From Callorhinchus milii (lineage: Eukaryota): 34,714 bases of DNA. Each line of letters starts with the position of its first letter. The stretch's first letter is position 1. Below, one piece after another: positions 1-9,084 of the stretch. The DNA is taken from assembly GCF_018977255.1 (NCBI RefSeq), contig NW_024705556.1, positions 1 to 34,714 of the forward strand. Direction: 5' to 3'. The position numbers were made by a program, and so were the translations under genes. The notes under the pieces were generated by a model, which saw only the letters and a program-made list of their open reading frames with translations, made no database searches and was not told the DNA's origin.

Positions 1-90
1 CACAGCGCCTTTCACCCCACCAGACGCCAATTCGGAACCAAAGTTCTAGTGGAGGGAGTGGGAAAGGTGGGGGAGTGGGATTTGAAGCAT

Positions 91-420
91 AATAATCATA
101 ATAATCAACATTAATTAACTATTGCATTCGATAAAGTGCCTTGTCGCACAGTTGAGGCGTCTCGATAGACTATAAAGTGTAGTGACTGGGTAGTTTTGTG
201 GGTAAAACGCGTGGCAGCCAAATTGCACACAGCAGCGTCCCCACAGACGGTGGTGATGGGGGTGACCGATTTTATTTGGGGGTGGGGGGGGGGGGGATTA
301 TCAGCCAGAACACCGGGGGAGAGGGAGAGAGAGAGAGAGAGAGAGAGGAACTCCCTTCTCTTCTCCGACCGACATTTAAGGTCCACCTGAACAGGTCACG
401 CATGGGGAGTGAGGTTTGAG
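91..420 (-). mobile_element. DeuSINE-like (SacSINE1/AmnSINE-type) SINE, 5'-truncated, interrupted by (GA)n
   Basis: The minus strand reads ...cctgttcaggtggaccttaaatgtc...gaagagaagggagttcc...ccggtgttctggctgataat...gctgtgtgcaatttggctgccacgcg..., which matches the Deu-domain plus 3' tail as I recall it. Confidence 0.6.
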
Positions 421-1055
421 GACAGATGGGGGAGAGGGGGAGAGTGGGGGGGGGGGGAGAGAGATGGGGGAGAGTGGGGGGGGGGGGGGGAGAGAGCATG
501 TGAGAAGGGTAGAGATTTGAGCGAATGTGTTTCGATGCCAAAGGGAAGCGAGTCGTTCGTTACTGATGGCAACCGAAGGCTGTGCATTCCTGGCAAGTCG
601 TGGGCATGACCGAGCAGTAGGGGGGTGGCTGAGCCCTTGGCAACGCTTTGTCCCCCCCATCGACCCTCCGCTCCCCCCCCCTCCCCCCATCAGAGGCCGT
701 GCCTTCAGCCCCGAACCTCTGTCACCCTCTCCCTCCATCCCGATGTCTCGGCCCACCGCCCCCACTCCCCACCCCCAACCCCCACCACCCTCTTTCCTCT
801 TTGCCCGTCTTCAGATCGCACCTAAATACTTTTTTTTCCTCTACAACCGACCGCGCCGACGGTCACCCCCACCACCATCCCCCCACCCCACCCCCCACCC
901 TCGGCTCGGCTCAAGGCTCCGCCGCCGCTAAAGCCCTCCGAGGCGTTGCCCCGCTGTGCGAACGCGAGCAGTTGCTGTAACAACGTTATCAATAAAAGTC
1001 CGTTGACGCCACTGACTTAAATGCAGCTTTTATTGGGAGTGCGTGAGGCGGATTT

Positions 1056-1390
1056 GGAGTCCTGTAGCTCAGTGGTTAGAGCACTCGCTTTGCAAGCGAG
1101 AGACCTGAGTTCAATTCCAGGCAGAGGGCGAAACCTCGGGCAAGTTTCCTTACTCCACACAGAGCCTAATAATAATCCCTCCAAACCAAAAACAATAATA
1201 AATTGGTCATTTTCAACCCACGACTGTTTGTGGGACATTGCTGTGCGCAATTGGCTGCCGCGTTCGCCCACAAATATACAGTCAATTCACTTTACAGTGT
1301 GTTCTGTGAAGCGCTTTGGGACGTCCTCTCCCGACGTGAAAAGCGCTATATCAAATGCGAGGATTATTATTATTATTATTATTATTATTA
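1056..1390 (+). mobile_element. tRNA-Ala-derived SINE, short young subfamily, full length
   Basis: A-box TAGCTCAGTGG, anticodon arm ctcgc-ttTGCaa-gcgag, B-box GTTCAATTCC, and a tail ending aagcgctatatcaaatgcgagga(TTA)n. Near-identical to the copies at 14418 and 16613. Confidence 0.9.
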
Positions 1391-1590
1391 TAAACCGAAT
1401 CGTTCCGTCGGGTCGGAGGGCGGATACGATAGCAATGGCGAAGGGAATACTCTTCGCCTTTTGAGACGCAGCGCTGTCGTTCCGCTGAGAGGGACGTCTG
1501 AAAAGCGCTTCTCACAGGATTTGCACTGCAAAGAAAAGGGCACTTTGTCGACTTCAGTGTTTGTCAATTAAAAAGGCAGAAATCTTTATT

Positions 1591-1935
1591 GCGTCACGTG
1601 GGCGGGTCCCGCGTCACGTGGGCGGGTCCCGCGTCAGGTGGGCGGGTCCGTCGGGTCAGTGGGCGGGGTCCGTCGGGTCAGTGGGCGGGGTCCGTCGGGT
1701 CAGTGGGCGGGTCCCGCGTCACGTGGGCGGGAACACGGGGCCGTGATTGGCCGACGCGTTCCGGCGACACGTCGGATACATTGTATCGGACAACAAAGGG
1801 CGGCGGCGGCGGTTCGATCGGATACATTGTATCGCGCGGGTCATTGTTGAGTCGCCGCCGGATACATTGTGGCCTGTGATTGGCTGTGGGCGGAGACACC
1901 GTGTCACGTGGGGGGACGTTGTGTCACGTGGGGCC
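1591..1935 (+). promoter_or_regulatory. MRI1 CpG-island promoter/5' region: tandem GTCACGTG + GGGCGG units, three GGATACATTGT motifs, two inverted CCAAT boxes
   Basis: Repeats gcgtcacgtgggcgggtccc at 1591, 1611 and 1716 plus variants; GATTGG near 1745 and 1879; CpG-dense; lies directly upstream of ATG 1936. Confidence 0.75.
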
Positions 1936-2067
1936 ATGGCTCTGGAGGCCATCAGGTACCGGCGCGGCCGCCTCCACATCCTCGACCAACTGCTGCTGCC
2001 GCACACCACCCGATACCAGGAGATCCGGGGCGTCCAGGAGGGCTGGGAGGCCATCAGGGACATGAAG
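1936..2067 (+). CDS. MRI1: Methylthioribose-1-phosphate isomerase, exon 1 ([22 protein letters not shown]...WEAIRDMK)
   Basis: gccATGg Kozak context; conserved LDQLLLP and EAIRxMK motifs; GT donor at 2068. Confidence 0.95.
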
Positions 2068-2119
2068 GTCGGGCACTGCGGCCATTCCCTCTCTCTCTCT
2101 CTCTCTCTTCCCAAAACAC

Positions 2120-2149
2120 GTGGTGTGTGTGTATATGTGTGTGTGTGTA

Positions 2150-2186
<37 letters not shown>

Positions 2187-2271
2187 ATCTCTGTGTGTGT
2201 GTGTATATGTGTGTGTGTGTATGTGTGTGTGTGTATGTGTGTGTGTATATGTGTGTGTTTGTGTGTGTATA

Positions 2272-2302
<31 letters not shown>

Positions 2303-2323
2303 ATATGTGTGTGTGTGTATCTG

Positions 2324-2354
<31 letters not shown>

Positions 2355-2447
2355 ATCTGTGTGTGTGTGTATATGTGTGTGTGTGTATATGTGTGTGTGT
2401 GTATGTGTGTATGTGTGTGTGTATATGTGTGTATGTGTGTATATGTG

Positions 2448-2478
<31 letters not shown>

Positions 2479-2505
2479 ATGTGTGTGTATATGTGTATGT
2501 GTGTG
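2120..2505. repeat. Imperfect (TG)n/(TGTA) microsatellite in MRI1 intron 1
   Basis: Read directly from the sequence. Confidence 0.95.
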
Positions 2506-2780
2506 TTACTATCAAAGCTCAGTCAGACAGAGACACACACAGCAGCTCCCCAACAGGGAGAGGGCAATAGAAGGGGTGGAGGAGAGGGGGTGTGGGGGTG
2601 GAGTGGTGGGATAAGGGGTGGAGAGGGGGGGAAGGGGGGAAAGGGTGGGGAGGAGAAGGTAAGAGAGGGGAACAAACCAGGAAGTGATGTCAGCGGCGAC
2701 CCAGATGAAAGTTACGCGCAGGAAAGGATGTCAGTGATGACCTGAGACCCACTCCCCCTCTACCCCTCTCCCCCTCTCAG

Positions 2781-3021
2781 GTGCGCGGAGCTCCCGCCAT
2801 TGCGGTGGTGGGCTGCCTGAGCCTGGCGGTGGAGCTGGAGCGGGAGCGGGGGGCGAGTCGGGGGAAGCAGGAGATGGTGACCTTCGTCCTGGACGCGTTG
2901 GCTTCCTGGTGACCGCACGGCCCACGGCCGTCAACCTGGCCCGAGCGGCCGGGGAGCTGAACAGCTTCCTGTCCCTGGAGGCCGCCCGGCCCGAGACCAG
3001 CGCGGAGTCACTGCGAGAGAG
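2781..3021 (+). CDS. MRI1: MRI1 exon 2 (VRGAPAIAVVGCLSLAVEL...ARPTAVNLARAA...SLRE), with an apparent 1-nt deletion near 2900
   Basis: ctcag acceptor at 2780; VRGAPAI and RPTAVN motifs lie in different frames; GT donor at 3022. Confidence 0.9.
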
Positions 3022-3167
3022 GTCAGCCCCGGCCCCGGGAACAGCCGTCGGCACTCGCACACGCCTCGCGCACACACACGCACGCGCGCGCGCACACACA
3101 TGCCTCACACGCACATGTACGCACGCACGCGCCCATACACGCACGCACAGACGCACGCACACGCCTC

Positions 3168-3410
3168 CGGTTTCCGAGGAAGTAGGAATCCGGTTGTCTT
3201 GTCAATTGGCCGATCGTTTTCCGGGGGGTAATAACCCCCTAAAAAACACGCAACTCGGTCGCTCAATCCACGGCTGTTTGTGTGGTGGGGGTGGGGGGGG
3301 GGGACGGACGTCGCTGGGCGCGATCGGCTGCCGCGTTTCGCTCGCAAAATCCGCAGTCACTGCACTCGACGGCGTGCGTGTGATGGGGCTCGAACCCACA
3401 AAACTCTGAC
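3168..3410 (+). mobile_element. SINE fragment (long tRNA-Ala family, body and tail)
   Basis: aagtaggaatccggttg...gatcgttttccgggggtaataacccc...ggctgccgcgtttcg. Confidence 0.7.
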
Positions 3411-3505
3411 GCGGAGGCAGAGACCGACCGACCCACCAGCCACCCCCGGGTCGACCTTATCTTGTGTTTTTTTCCCCCAAACCCCCGCCCCCCCCCCCCC
3501 GGAAG

Positions 3506-3675
3506 CCTCCTGTGCCGGATTGAGGCGATGTTGGAGAAGGACGTTCAAGACAACCTGAAGATCGGAAAACACGGAGCAGATCACATCCTCGCTGGAGCGA
3601 AAGGAGGGAAAGTGAGGATCCTGACCCACTGCAACACCGGCTCCCTGGCGACCGCTGGGCACGGAACTGCGCTGG
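3506..3675 (+). CDS. MRI1: MRI1 exon 3 ([20 protein letters not shown]...[20 protein letters not shown])
   Basis: THCNTG motif containing the catalytic Cys; AG at 3504-3505; GTAAG donor at 3676; phases are consistent with neighbouring exons. Confidence 0.95.
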
Positions 3676-3679
3676 GTAA

Positions 3680-3903
3680 GAGAGAGGGAGGGGGAGAGGG
3701 AGAGAGGGAGAGAGCAAGAGAGGGAGAGAGCAAGAGAGGGAGAGAGCAAGAGAGGGATGGAGAGCGAGAGAGCAAGAGAGGGAGAGAATGGGAGGTAGGG
3801 AGGGAGGGAGAGACAGCGAGAGAGTGGGAGAGAGTGAGAGAGAGAAAGTGAGAGGGAGAGAGCAAGAGATAGAGAAAGAGGGAGAGAGAGAGAGAGAGAG
3901 AGA
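3680..3903. repeat. GA-rich simple repeat
   Basis: Read directly from the sequence. Confidence 0.9.
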
Positions 3904-3944
3904 GCGCGAGAGCTCGATCCCCACCCTCACAACAGGACTGTGGT

Positions 3945-4292
3945 GTCCCTGTAGCTCAGGGAGTCAGACCCCTCGCAAGCGAGAGAGCGAGCGAGAGAGG
4001 ACCCGGGTTCGATTCCCGACCGGGGGGGGGGGGGGGGGGGGAGTGAAACCGTGGCCAAGTCTCCTCGCTCCGCGCCTGATAATAACGCCTCAAGAGGGGG
4101 GGAAAAAAAACGCAAGAAAAATTCGGGCGCTTCCGCCCACGGCTGATGTGTTGGGGGGGACGGGGGAACGTCGCCGGGCGCGATCGGCTGCCGCGTTTCG
4201 CCCACAGAAGCACACAGTCACTACGCTTTGCGGCGTCTCGAAGACGCGATGAGGCTCCGGGTCAAACGCCGGGATTCTTCTTATTATTATTC
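3945..4292 (+). mobile_element. Diverged tRNA-derived SINE in MRI1 intron 3
   Basis: gtccctgtagctcag...gggttcgattccc head, shared tail and (TTA)n end. Confidence 0.75.
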
Positions 4293-4453
4293 ATGTTAAT
4301 GTCAGCCGCCTCGCTGACTGACCGCTCGCCCTCTCTAACCTCTCCCTCTCTCTCTTCTCTCCTCTCTCTTTTCTCTCTCTCTCTTCTCTCTCTCTCCTCT
4401 CTCTCCCCTCTCTCTCTCCGTCTCCTCTCTCTCCTCTCTCTCCTCGCTCTCAG

Positions 4454-4630
4454 GTGTAATCCGCTCGCTCCACGCGGCGGGGGCGCTGGAGCACGTGTAC
4501 TGCACAGAAACCCGGCCCTACAACCAGGGGGCGAGGCTGACCGCGTACGAGCTCGTGCATGAGAACATCCCCGGCACGCTGATCGCCGACAGTATGGCCG
4601 CCATCGCCATGAAGGACAAAGGCATTTCAG
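4454..4630 (+). CDS. MRI1: MRI1 exon 4 ([47 protein letters not shown]...KGIS)
   Basis: [13 protein letters not shown] motif; long CT tract then cag acceptor at 4453; GT at 4631. Confidence 0.97.
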
Positions 4631-4689
4631 GTTCGACGGTAAACCCTGACCCCTAGACTCGCTCGCGCACACTGTTGTGATGGGAAGGG

Positions 4690-5035
4690 GCCATTGGGGG
4701 GGGGGAGCAATGTGTGGTGGGGATGGAGCGGGGGCTGGTGGGGGCGGGGCAGGGGGTGGTGGGGGCGGGGGCAGGGGGGGGCAGGGGGTGGCGGGGCGTG
4801 GCAGGGGTGGTGGGGGCATGCGGTGGCAGGGGCTGGGGGTGGTGGGTGGGGGCAGGGGGTAGTGATGAGGGGCACGTGGCTGCGATGCTGATTGCCTCCC
4901 CTCCCAGCTGTGGTGGTGGGGGCAGGGGGTGGTGGGGCAGGGGGTGGCGGGGGCGTGGCAGGGGTGGTGGGGGCACGGGGTGGCAGGGGCGGGGCAGTGG
5001 GTGGTGGGTGGGGGCGGGGGTAGTGGTGGGGGGCA
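4690..5035. repeat. G-rich low-complexity repeat (GGGGCAGGGGGTGGT-like) in MRI1 intron 4
   Basis: Dense runs of four or more G. Confidence 0.85.
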
Positions 5036-5073
5036 CGTGGCTGCGATGCTGATTGCCTCCCCTCCCCTCGCAG

Positions 5074-5298
5074 CTGTGGTGGTGGGAGCGGACCGCGTCG
5101 TTGCTAACGGCGACACGGCCAACAAGGTCGGGACCTTCCTCTTGGCCATCGCTGCCCAGTACCACGCGATTCCCTTCTACGTGGCGGCCGCCAGCAGCAC
5201 CTGGGACCCCGCGCTGCCCCGGGGGGACGCCATCGTCATCGAGGAACGCCCTCCCGCTGAGCTGACGTCCATCAACGGGATCCCCATCGCCGCTCACG
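5074..5298 (+). CDS. MRI1: MRI1 exon 5 ([21 protein letters not shown]...[20 protein letters not shown])
   Basis: GADR...NGDTANKxG motif containing the catalytic Asp; cag acceptor at 5073; GTAAAG donor at 5299. Confidence 0.97.
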
Positions 5299-5726
5299 GT
5301 AAAGCCCGGGGTCGGGGGTTGGGGGTCGGGAGGTGGGGGTCGGGGGCTGGGGGTCGGGGGCTGGGGATCGGGGGGTGGGGGTCAGGGTCTGGAGTTCAGG
5401 AGGTGGGGTTCAGGGGCTGGAGGTCAGGAGGTGGGGTTCAGGGGCTGCGGTTCAGGAGGTGGGGCTCAGGTGTTGGAGGTCAGGGGCTGGGGGGGGCCGG
5501 TGGCTGGGGGTTAAGAGGTGGGGTTCAGGGGCCGGAGTTTAGGGTTCGGGGTCAGGGGATGGGTCATAACAACAACAACAACAAAATGACATCATTTTAT
5601 TTTGCGTTGTGTCTACCCCTCTTTCTCTGGGTGAGTGTCTCTCTCTCTTTCGCTCCCTCGCTCCCTCCCTCTCTCTCTCTCTCTCTCCCTGGCTCACTCC
5701 CTCTCCCCTTCTCTGCCTCCCCACAG

Positions 5727-5860
5727 GTATTAACGTGTGGAATCCCGCCTTCGACGTCACCCCTCACGAGCTCATTACGGGAGGGATTATCACCGAGTTT
5801 GGGGTACACAGGCCGGCGGAGTTGGGGGACGCACTCAGTCGAGCCTTAAAGACGTCCTGA
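5727..5860 (+). CDS. MRI1: MRI1 exon 6 ([26 protein letters not shown]...ALKTS*)
   Basis: WNPAFDVTP motif; acag acceptor at 5726; TGA ends at 5860. Confidence 0.97.
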
Positions 5861-6050
5861 CTCCCGTGTGGACCACACAGTCAACCGCAACTTGTACTTG
5901 GTATCCCCGAGCGCTTGAAAGTGGCGGAGTCTGACCCCCGAGCGAGTCGGGGAGAGGGAGGGAGGGAGGGGGTGAGGTGACCGATCTAAAGAGTCTTTAG
6001 GTGGGATTAGAAGGTGGGGAGCGAGCGAAGGAGGGATTGAGGGACCACAG

Positions 6051-6056
6051 AATAAA
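6051..6056 (+). terminator. Candidate polyadenylation signal (AATAAA) for MRI1
   Basis: First AATAAA downstream of the stop codon. Confidence 0.5.
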
Positions 6057-6209
6057 AATGATTGCAAGTTGGCGTCGTTGCCGCGATGCACAAACCCTTG
6101 GTTTGTACATCACGACGACGACGACGACGACAGCAGCAACAACTTGCATTTTATCTGGCACCCAAATAATAACAGCACCTAATAAGGTAACGGTCCCTAC
6201 CAAAAATAA

Positions 6210-6400
6210 GAATGATTTGGCCACTCGCTCCACGGCTGTTTGCGGGGACGCTGCTGCGCGCCACTGGCTGCCGCGGGCGTTTTCGCCCACAAAACACACA
6301 GTCACCACACTTTACAGTGCATCCCGCGAAGCGCTTTGCGGCGTCTCGGAAGACGCGACGAGGCTCTGCATCGACCGCAAGGATTATTACCGTTATTGCG
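6210..6400 (+). mobile_element. SINE 3' fragment
   Basis: Shared tail ggctgccgcg...gaagcgctttgcggcgtctc...caaggattatta. Confidence 0.75.
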
Positions 6401-7389
6401 CTTCAGGCTCTGTGACGTTTCGGTCTCTGTGACGGTTTCCTCCCATTAACCACCACTCTAACCACTGAGCTACAGGACTCCACTATGATTAATAATAGTA
6501 ATAATACTAATAATGTTTGCATTTGCAGCGGCTTATCGTGACTTTGAGTCGTCTCGAAGCGCTTCAGGATACACTGTGAAGTGAGTTGACCGTCACTTAC
6601 GGAGCAATTTAAAAAAAAAAGTCTGGTTCATTTGCTTCCGACGGGCGTTGGGGAGTTACCCACCGACCTTTACACCCACTCGTAACAAACGCTTAGAGGA
6701 AAGAAAAGGGGCTTCGGCCGATCTCGTTCAGATAAGTGCGCGTTTTTTCCCAAAGAGACGCTGTAGCAAATGCAAGCACATTTTTTTTTTAATCACTGGT
6801 AATAATTAACGGCAATTCAGATCAGAATTGCGCGGAATTTCACCTGTCGCCCGTCTCTTAATTCATTACATATTCCTATACGATTAAATATTTCCATACG
6901 ATGGTGTTTCTATAGAATGGGCGTTTCTGTAGCATTATTATCTATCATTGTAACATTCCTACAGGATGAAGGGTTTCTCCGGGGTGAAGTTCTACAGGAT
7001 GACGAACATCTGCTGCAGTTTGCCCACAAAACGCACACAGTCACTGCACTTTACGTATCTCTGCGTCTCCGTTATCACATATAACACACACAAACGCACG
7101 AGTCTTCACTCGGGATGAAATATTCCCCTTTATAAATAAATCAAGGTGATAATGATAATGCGGTCGCTCCACCCACGACGGTTTGCGGGGCGCCTGCTTG
7201 CTGGGGGTGGGGGGGGAGGAGGGGCGAATTGTCTGCCGCCTTTCGCCCACAAAACTCGCAGTCACTCCACCGTACGGTCAATCCAATGAGACGTCTCAAA
7301 GACGGGGCGTGTCAGACGATATCATCATTAGAGGAGTCTTTACAATGGGGTCAAATGTATCTTTCTCTGTGTACAGTCTATCTGTCCAG

Positions 7390-7694
7390 GGTGACCTTGA
7401 TTCTATAGGATGACCTTAATTCTATAGAATGACCTTGATTCTATAGGATGACCTTAATTCTATAGAATGACCTTGATTCTATAGGATGACCTTAATTCTG
7501 TAGAATGACCTTGACTATGGGATGACCTTAATTATATGGGATGACCTCGATTCTATAGGATGACCTTAATTCTACAGAGTGACCTTGATTCTATAGGGTG
7601 ACCTCGATTCTATATAGTGACCTATTTCTACAGTGTGACATTGTTTCTATGGGATGACCTTAATTCTATAGGGTGACCTTGATTCTATAGGGTG
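7390..7694. repeat. 19-bp minisatellite (GATGACCTTRATTCTATAG), about 16 units
   Basis: Read directly; units alternate between TGACCTTGA and TGACCTTAA. Confidence 0.95.
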
Positions 7695-7729
7695 AGTGAG
7701 TGAGTGAATGTGAAATGAAAGGCTTTTCC

Positions 7730-8014
7730 TGCAGTTACTGCCCACCGCCTGCAGAGGGCGCCCTGGGGCCGGCGTCCGAGGTGTGCCTCACTCCTGCCCA
7801 CAGTGCAGCGCGCGCTGCGCGGTGCCTCGCTCTTACCCAGAGCGCAGCGCGCTCCGGGAAAAAAGGGAAGGGGGGGGGTGGCGCCTCACTCCTACCCACA
7901 GTGCAGCGCGCGCCGAGGGGGCGGGGCGGTGCCTCACTCCTACCCACAGTGCAGCGCGCGCCGAGAGGGCGGTGTGTGTGGTGCCTCACTCCTACCCACA
8001 GTGCAGCGCGAAAG
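7730..8014 (+). promoter_or_regulatory. C19orf53 promoter: CTCF-like site plus five 30-bp repeats carrying a ZNF143/Staf-like motif
   Basis: gtgcctcactcctacccacagtgcagcgcg and variants at 7783, 7822, 7881, 7929 and 7981; CCTGCAGAGGGCGC at 7748. Confidence 0.7.
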
Positions 8015-8144
8015 ATGCCTCAGGGACGGTTGAAGCTGAAAGGCGGGAGAGGAGCCGCCATGGCGGCGGCGGCGGCGGCCAACACCGGCAGGAAGAGGGG
8101 CGATAAGAAGCTGCAGCAGCACAGCCGCGGGCCCAAGAAGGGAG
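8015..8144 (+). CDS. C19orf53: Leydig cell tumor 10 kDa protein homolog, exon 1 (MPQGRLKLK...RGPKKG)
   Basis: MxQG start and RGPxKGG motif as in the human protein; G|GTGAG donor at 8145. Confidence 0.88.
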
Positions 8145-8721
8145 GTGAGGGGAGAGGGAGGAGAGAAGCGCGTACCATGGCGGGGAGAGGGAGAAAGGCC
8201 CGTGTGTGTGCAATATGTGTGTGCACATGTGTGTACATATGTGTGTGCACACACGTGTGTGTGTATTTATCGTGTGTGTAGTGCGTGTGTGTGTTTGTGG
8301 ACAAAACGCAGAGAGAGAGAGAGAGAGAGGGAAGCAAATCGGCCGCTCGACCCACGGCTGTTCGCGGGACGCTGCTGCGTGTGCGAACGGGCACGCAGAG
8401 CGCACAGTCACTACACTGTACAGGATATCCCCGCGAAGCGCTTTGAGACGTTCGTCCGGGTGCCCACTCCGACTGAACGGAAGACCCAAAAGACTGTGCG
8501 ATTCGCCCGTTCCTGCGAGTCACTATCCCACATTCCCCCCACCTCTCTTTCTCACACAATCTTTCCCCCTCTATTCCCCCTCCCCCCGCCCCCCCGCCGG
8601 CTGGGTGTCAAAAAGCCCTGTCCCCATTGAGCGCGCTGAGGCGCCTGTATAATATACAGGAGGAGGGACTGCTATGATGTAAATCCACACAGAGCATTAG
8701 GTGGTACACAAAATTATAACG

Positions 8722-8897
8722 CAGCCGCTCAATCCATGACCGTCTGTGGGACGCTGCTGTGTGCAATTGGCTGCCGCGTTTTGCCCACAAAATATACACC
8801 GTCAATTCACCCGACTGCGAAGTTTATCCCGCGAGGCGCTTTGAGACGTCTCGAAGACGCGATAAGGCGCTGTATCAAACGCAAGGATTATTATTAT
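8722..8897 (+). mobile_element. SINE 3' fragment (another at about 8338-8460)
   Basis: Shared tail ending caaggattattatta. Confidence 0.75.
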
Positions 8898-8985
8898 AAA
8901 TTGTTGCTGTTGATTTGTGTCTCCCAGCTGCCGTTTCCTGTTACGTTAAATTCACATTTTTTTCCCTTTCTTTTTTTATTCAAAG

Positions 8986-9041
8986 GAAGAATTATTGCTC
9001 CCAAAAAAACACAAGTGGTCCGACAGCAGAAGCTGAAGAAG
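8986..9041 (+). CDS. C19orf53: C19orf53 exon 2 (GRIIAPKKTQVVRQQKLKK)
   Basis: IAPKK...QQKLKK motif; T-rich tract with AG at 8984-8985; GT at 9042; phase 1 to phase 0. Confidence 0.93.
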
Positions 9042-9084
9042 GTACTTCTTCTTGGCTTTTTTTTTGGCCTTTTGTCTACGAAAT

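Noticed and set aside
430..1015. Exon of an upstream or divergent gene
   Set aside because: I found no recognisable peptide or convincing splice-site pair; the region is low-complexity with a short L2-like GRAFS fragment.
1056..1130. tRNA-Ala gene
   Set aside because: The acceptor and T stems do not pair properly, and the sequence runs straight into a SINE body and tail found many times in the window.
1021..1571. Recurring 60-150 aa ORFs (…VRALALQ…, …CEALWDV…) seen at several loci
   Set aside because: They are translations of SINE copies, not a gene family.
1747..2745. 332-aa ORF as an N-terminally extended MRI1
   Set aside because: The start is non-ATG and lies in the promoter. Homology begins at ATG 1936 and ends at the donor at 2068; the rest is (TG)n intron.
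1936..5860. MRI1 as an old pseudogene
   Set aside because: There is only one net frameshift; introns, splice sites, promoter and catalytic motifs are intact, and substitutions such as GYG to GHG are few.
7783..8010. CRISPR-like pattern of 30-bp repeats with different spacers
   Set aside because: Spacers are uneven (9-29 nt) and partly similar to each other, there are no cas genes, and the context is a spliced vertebrate promoter.
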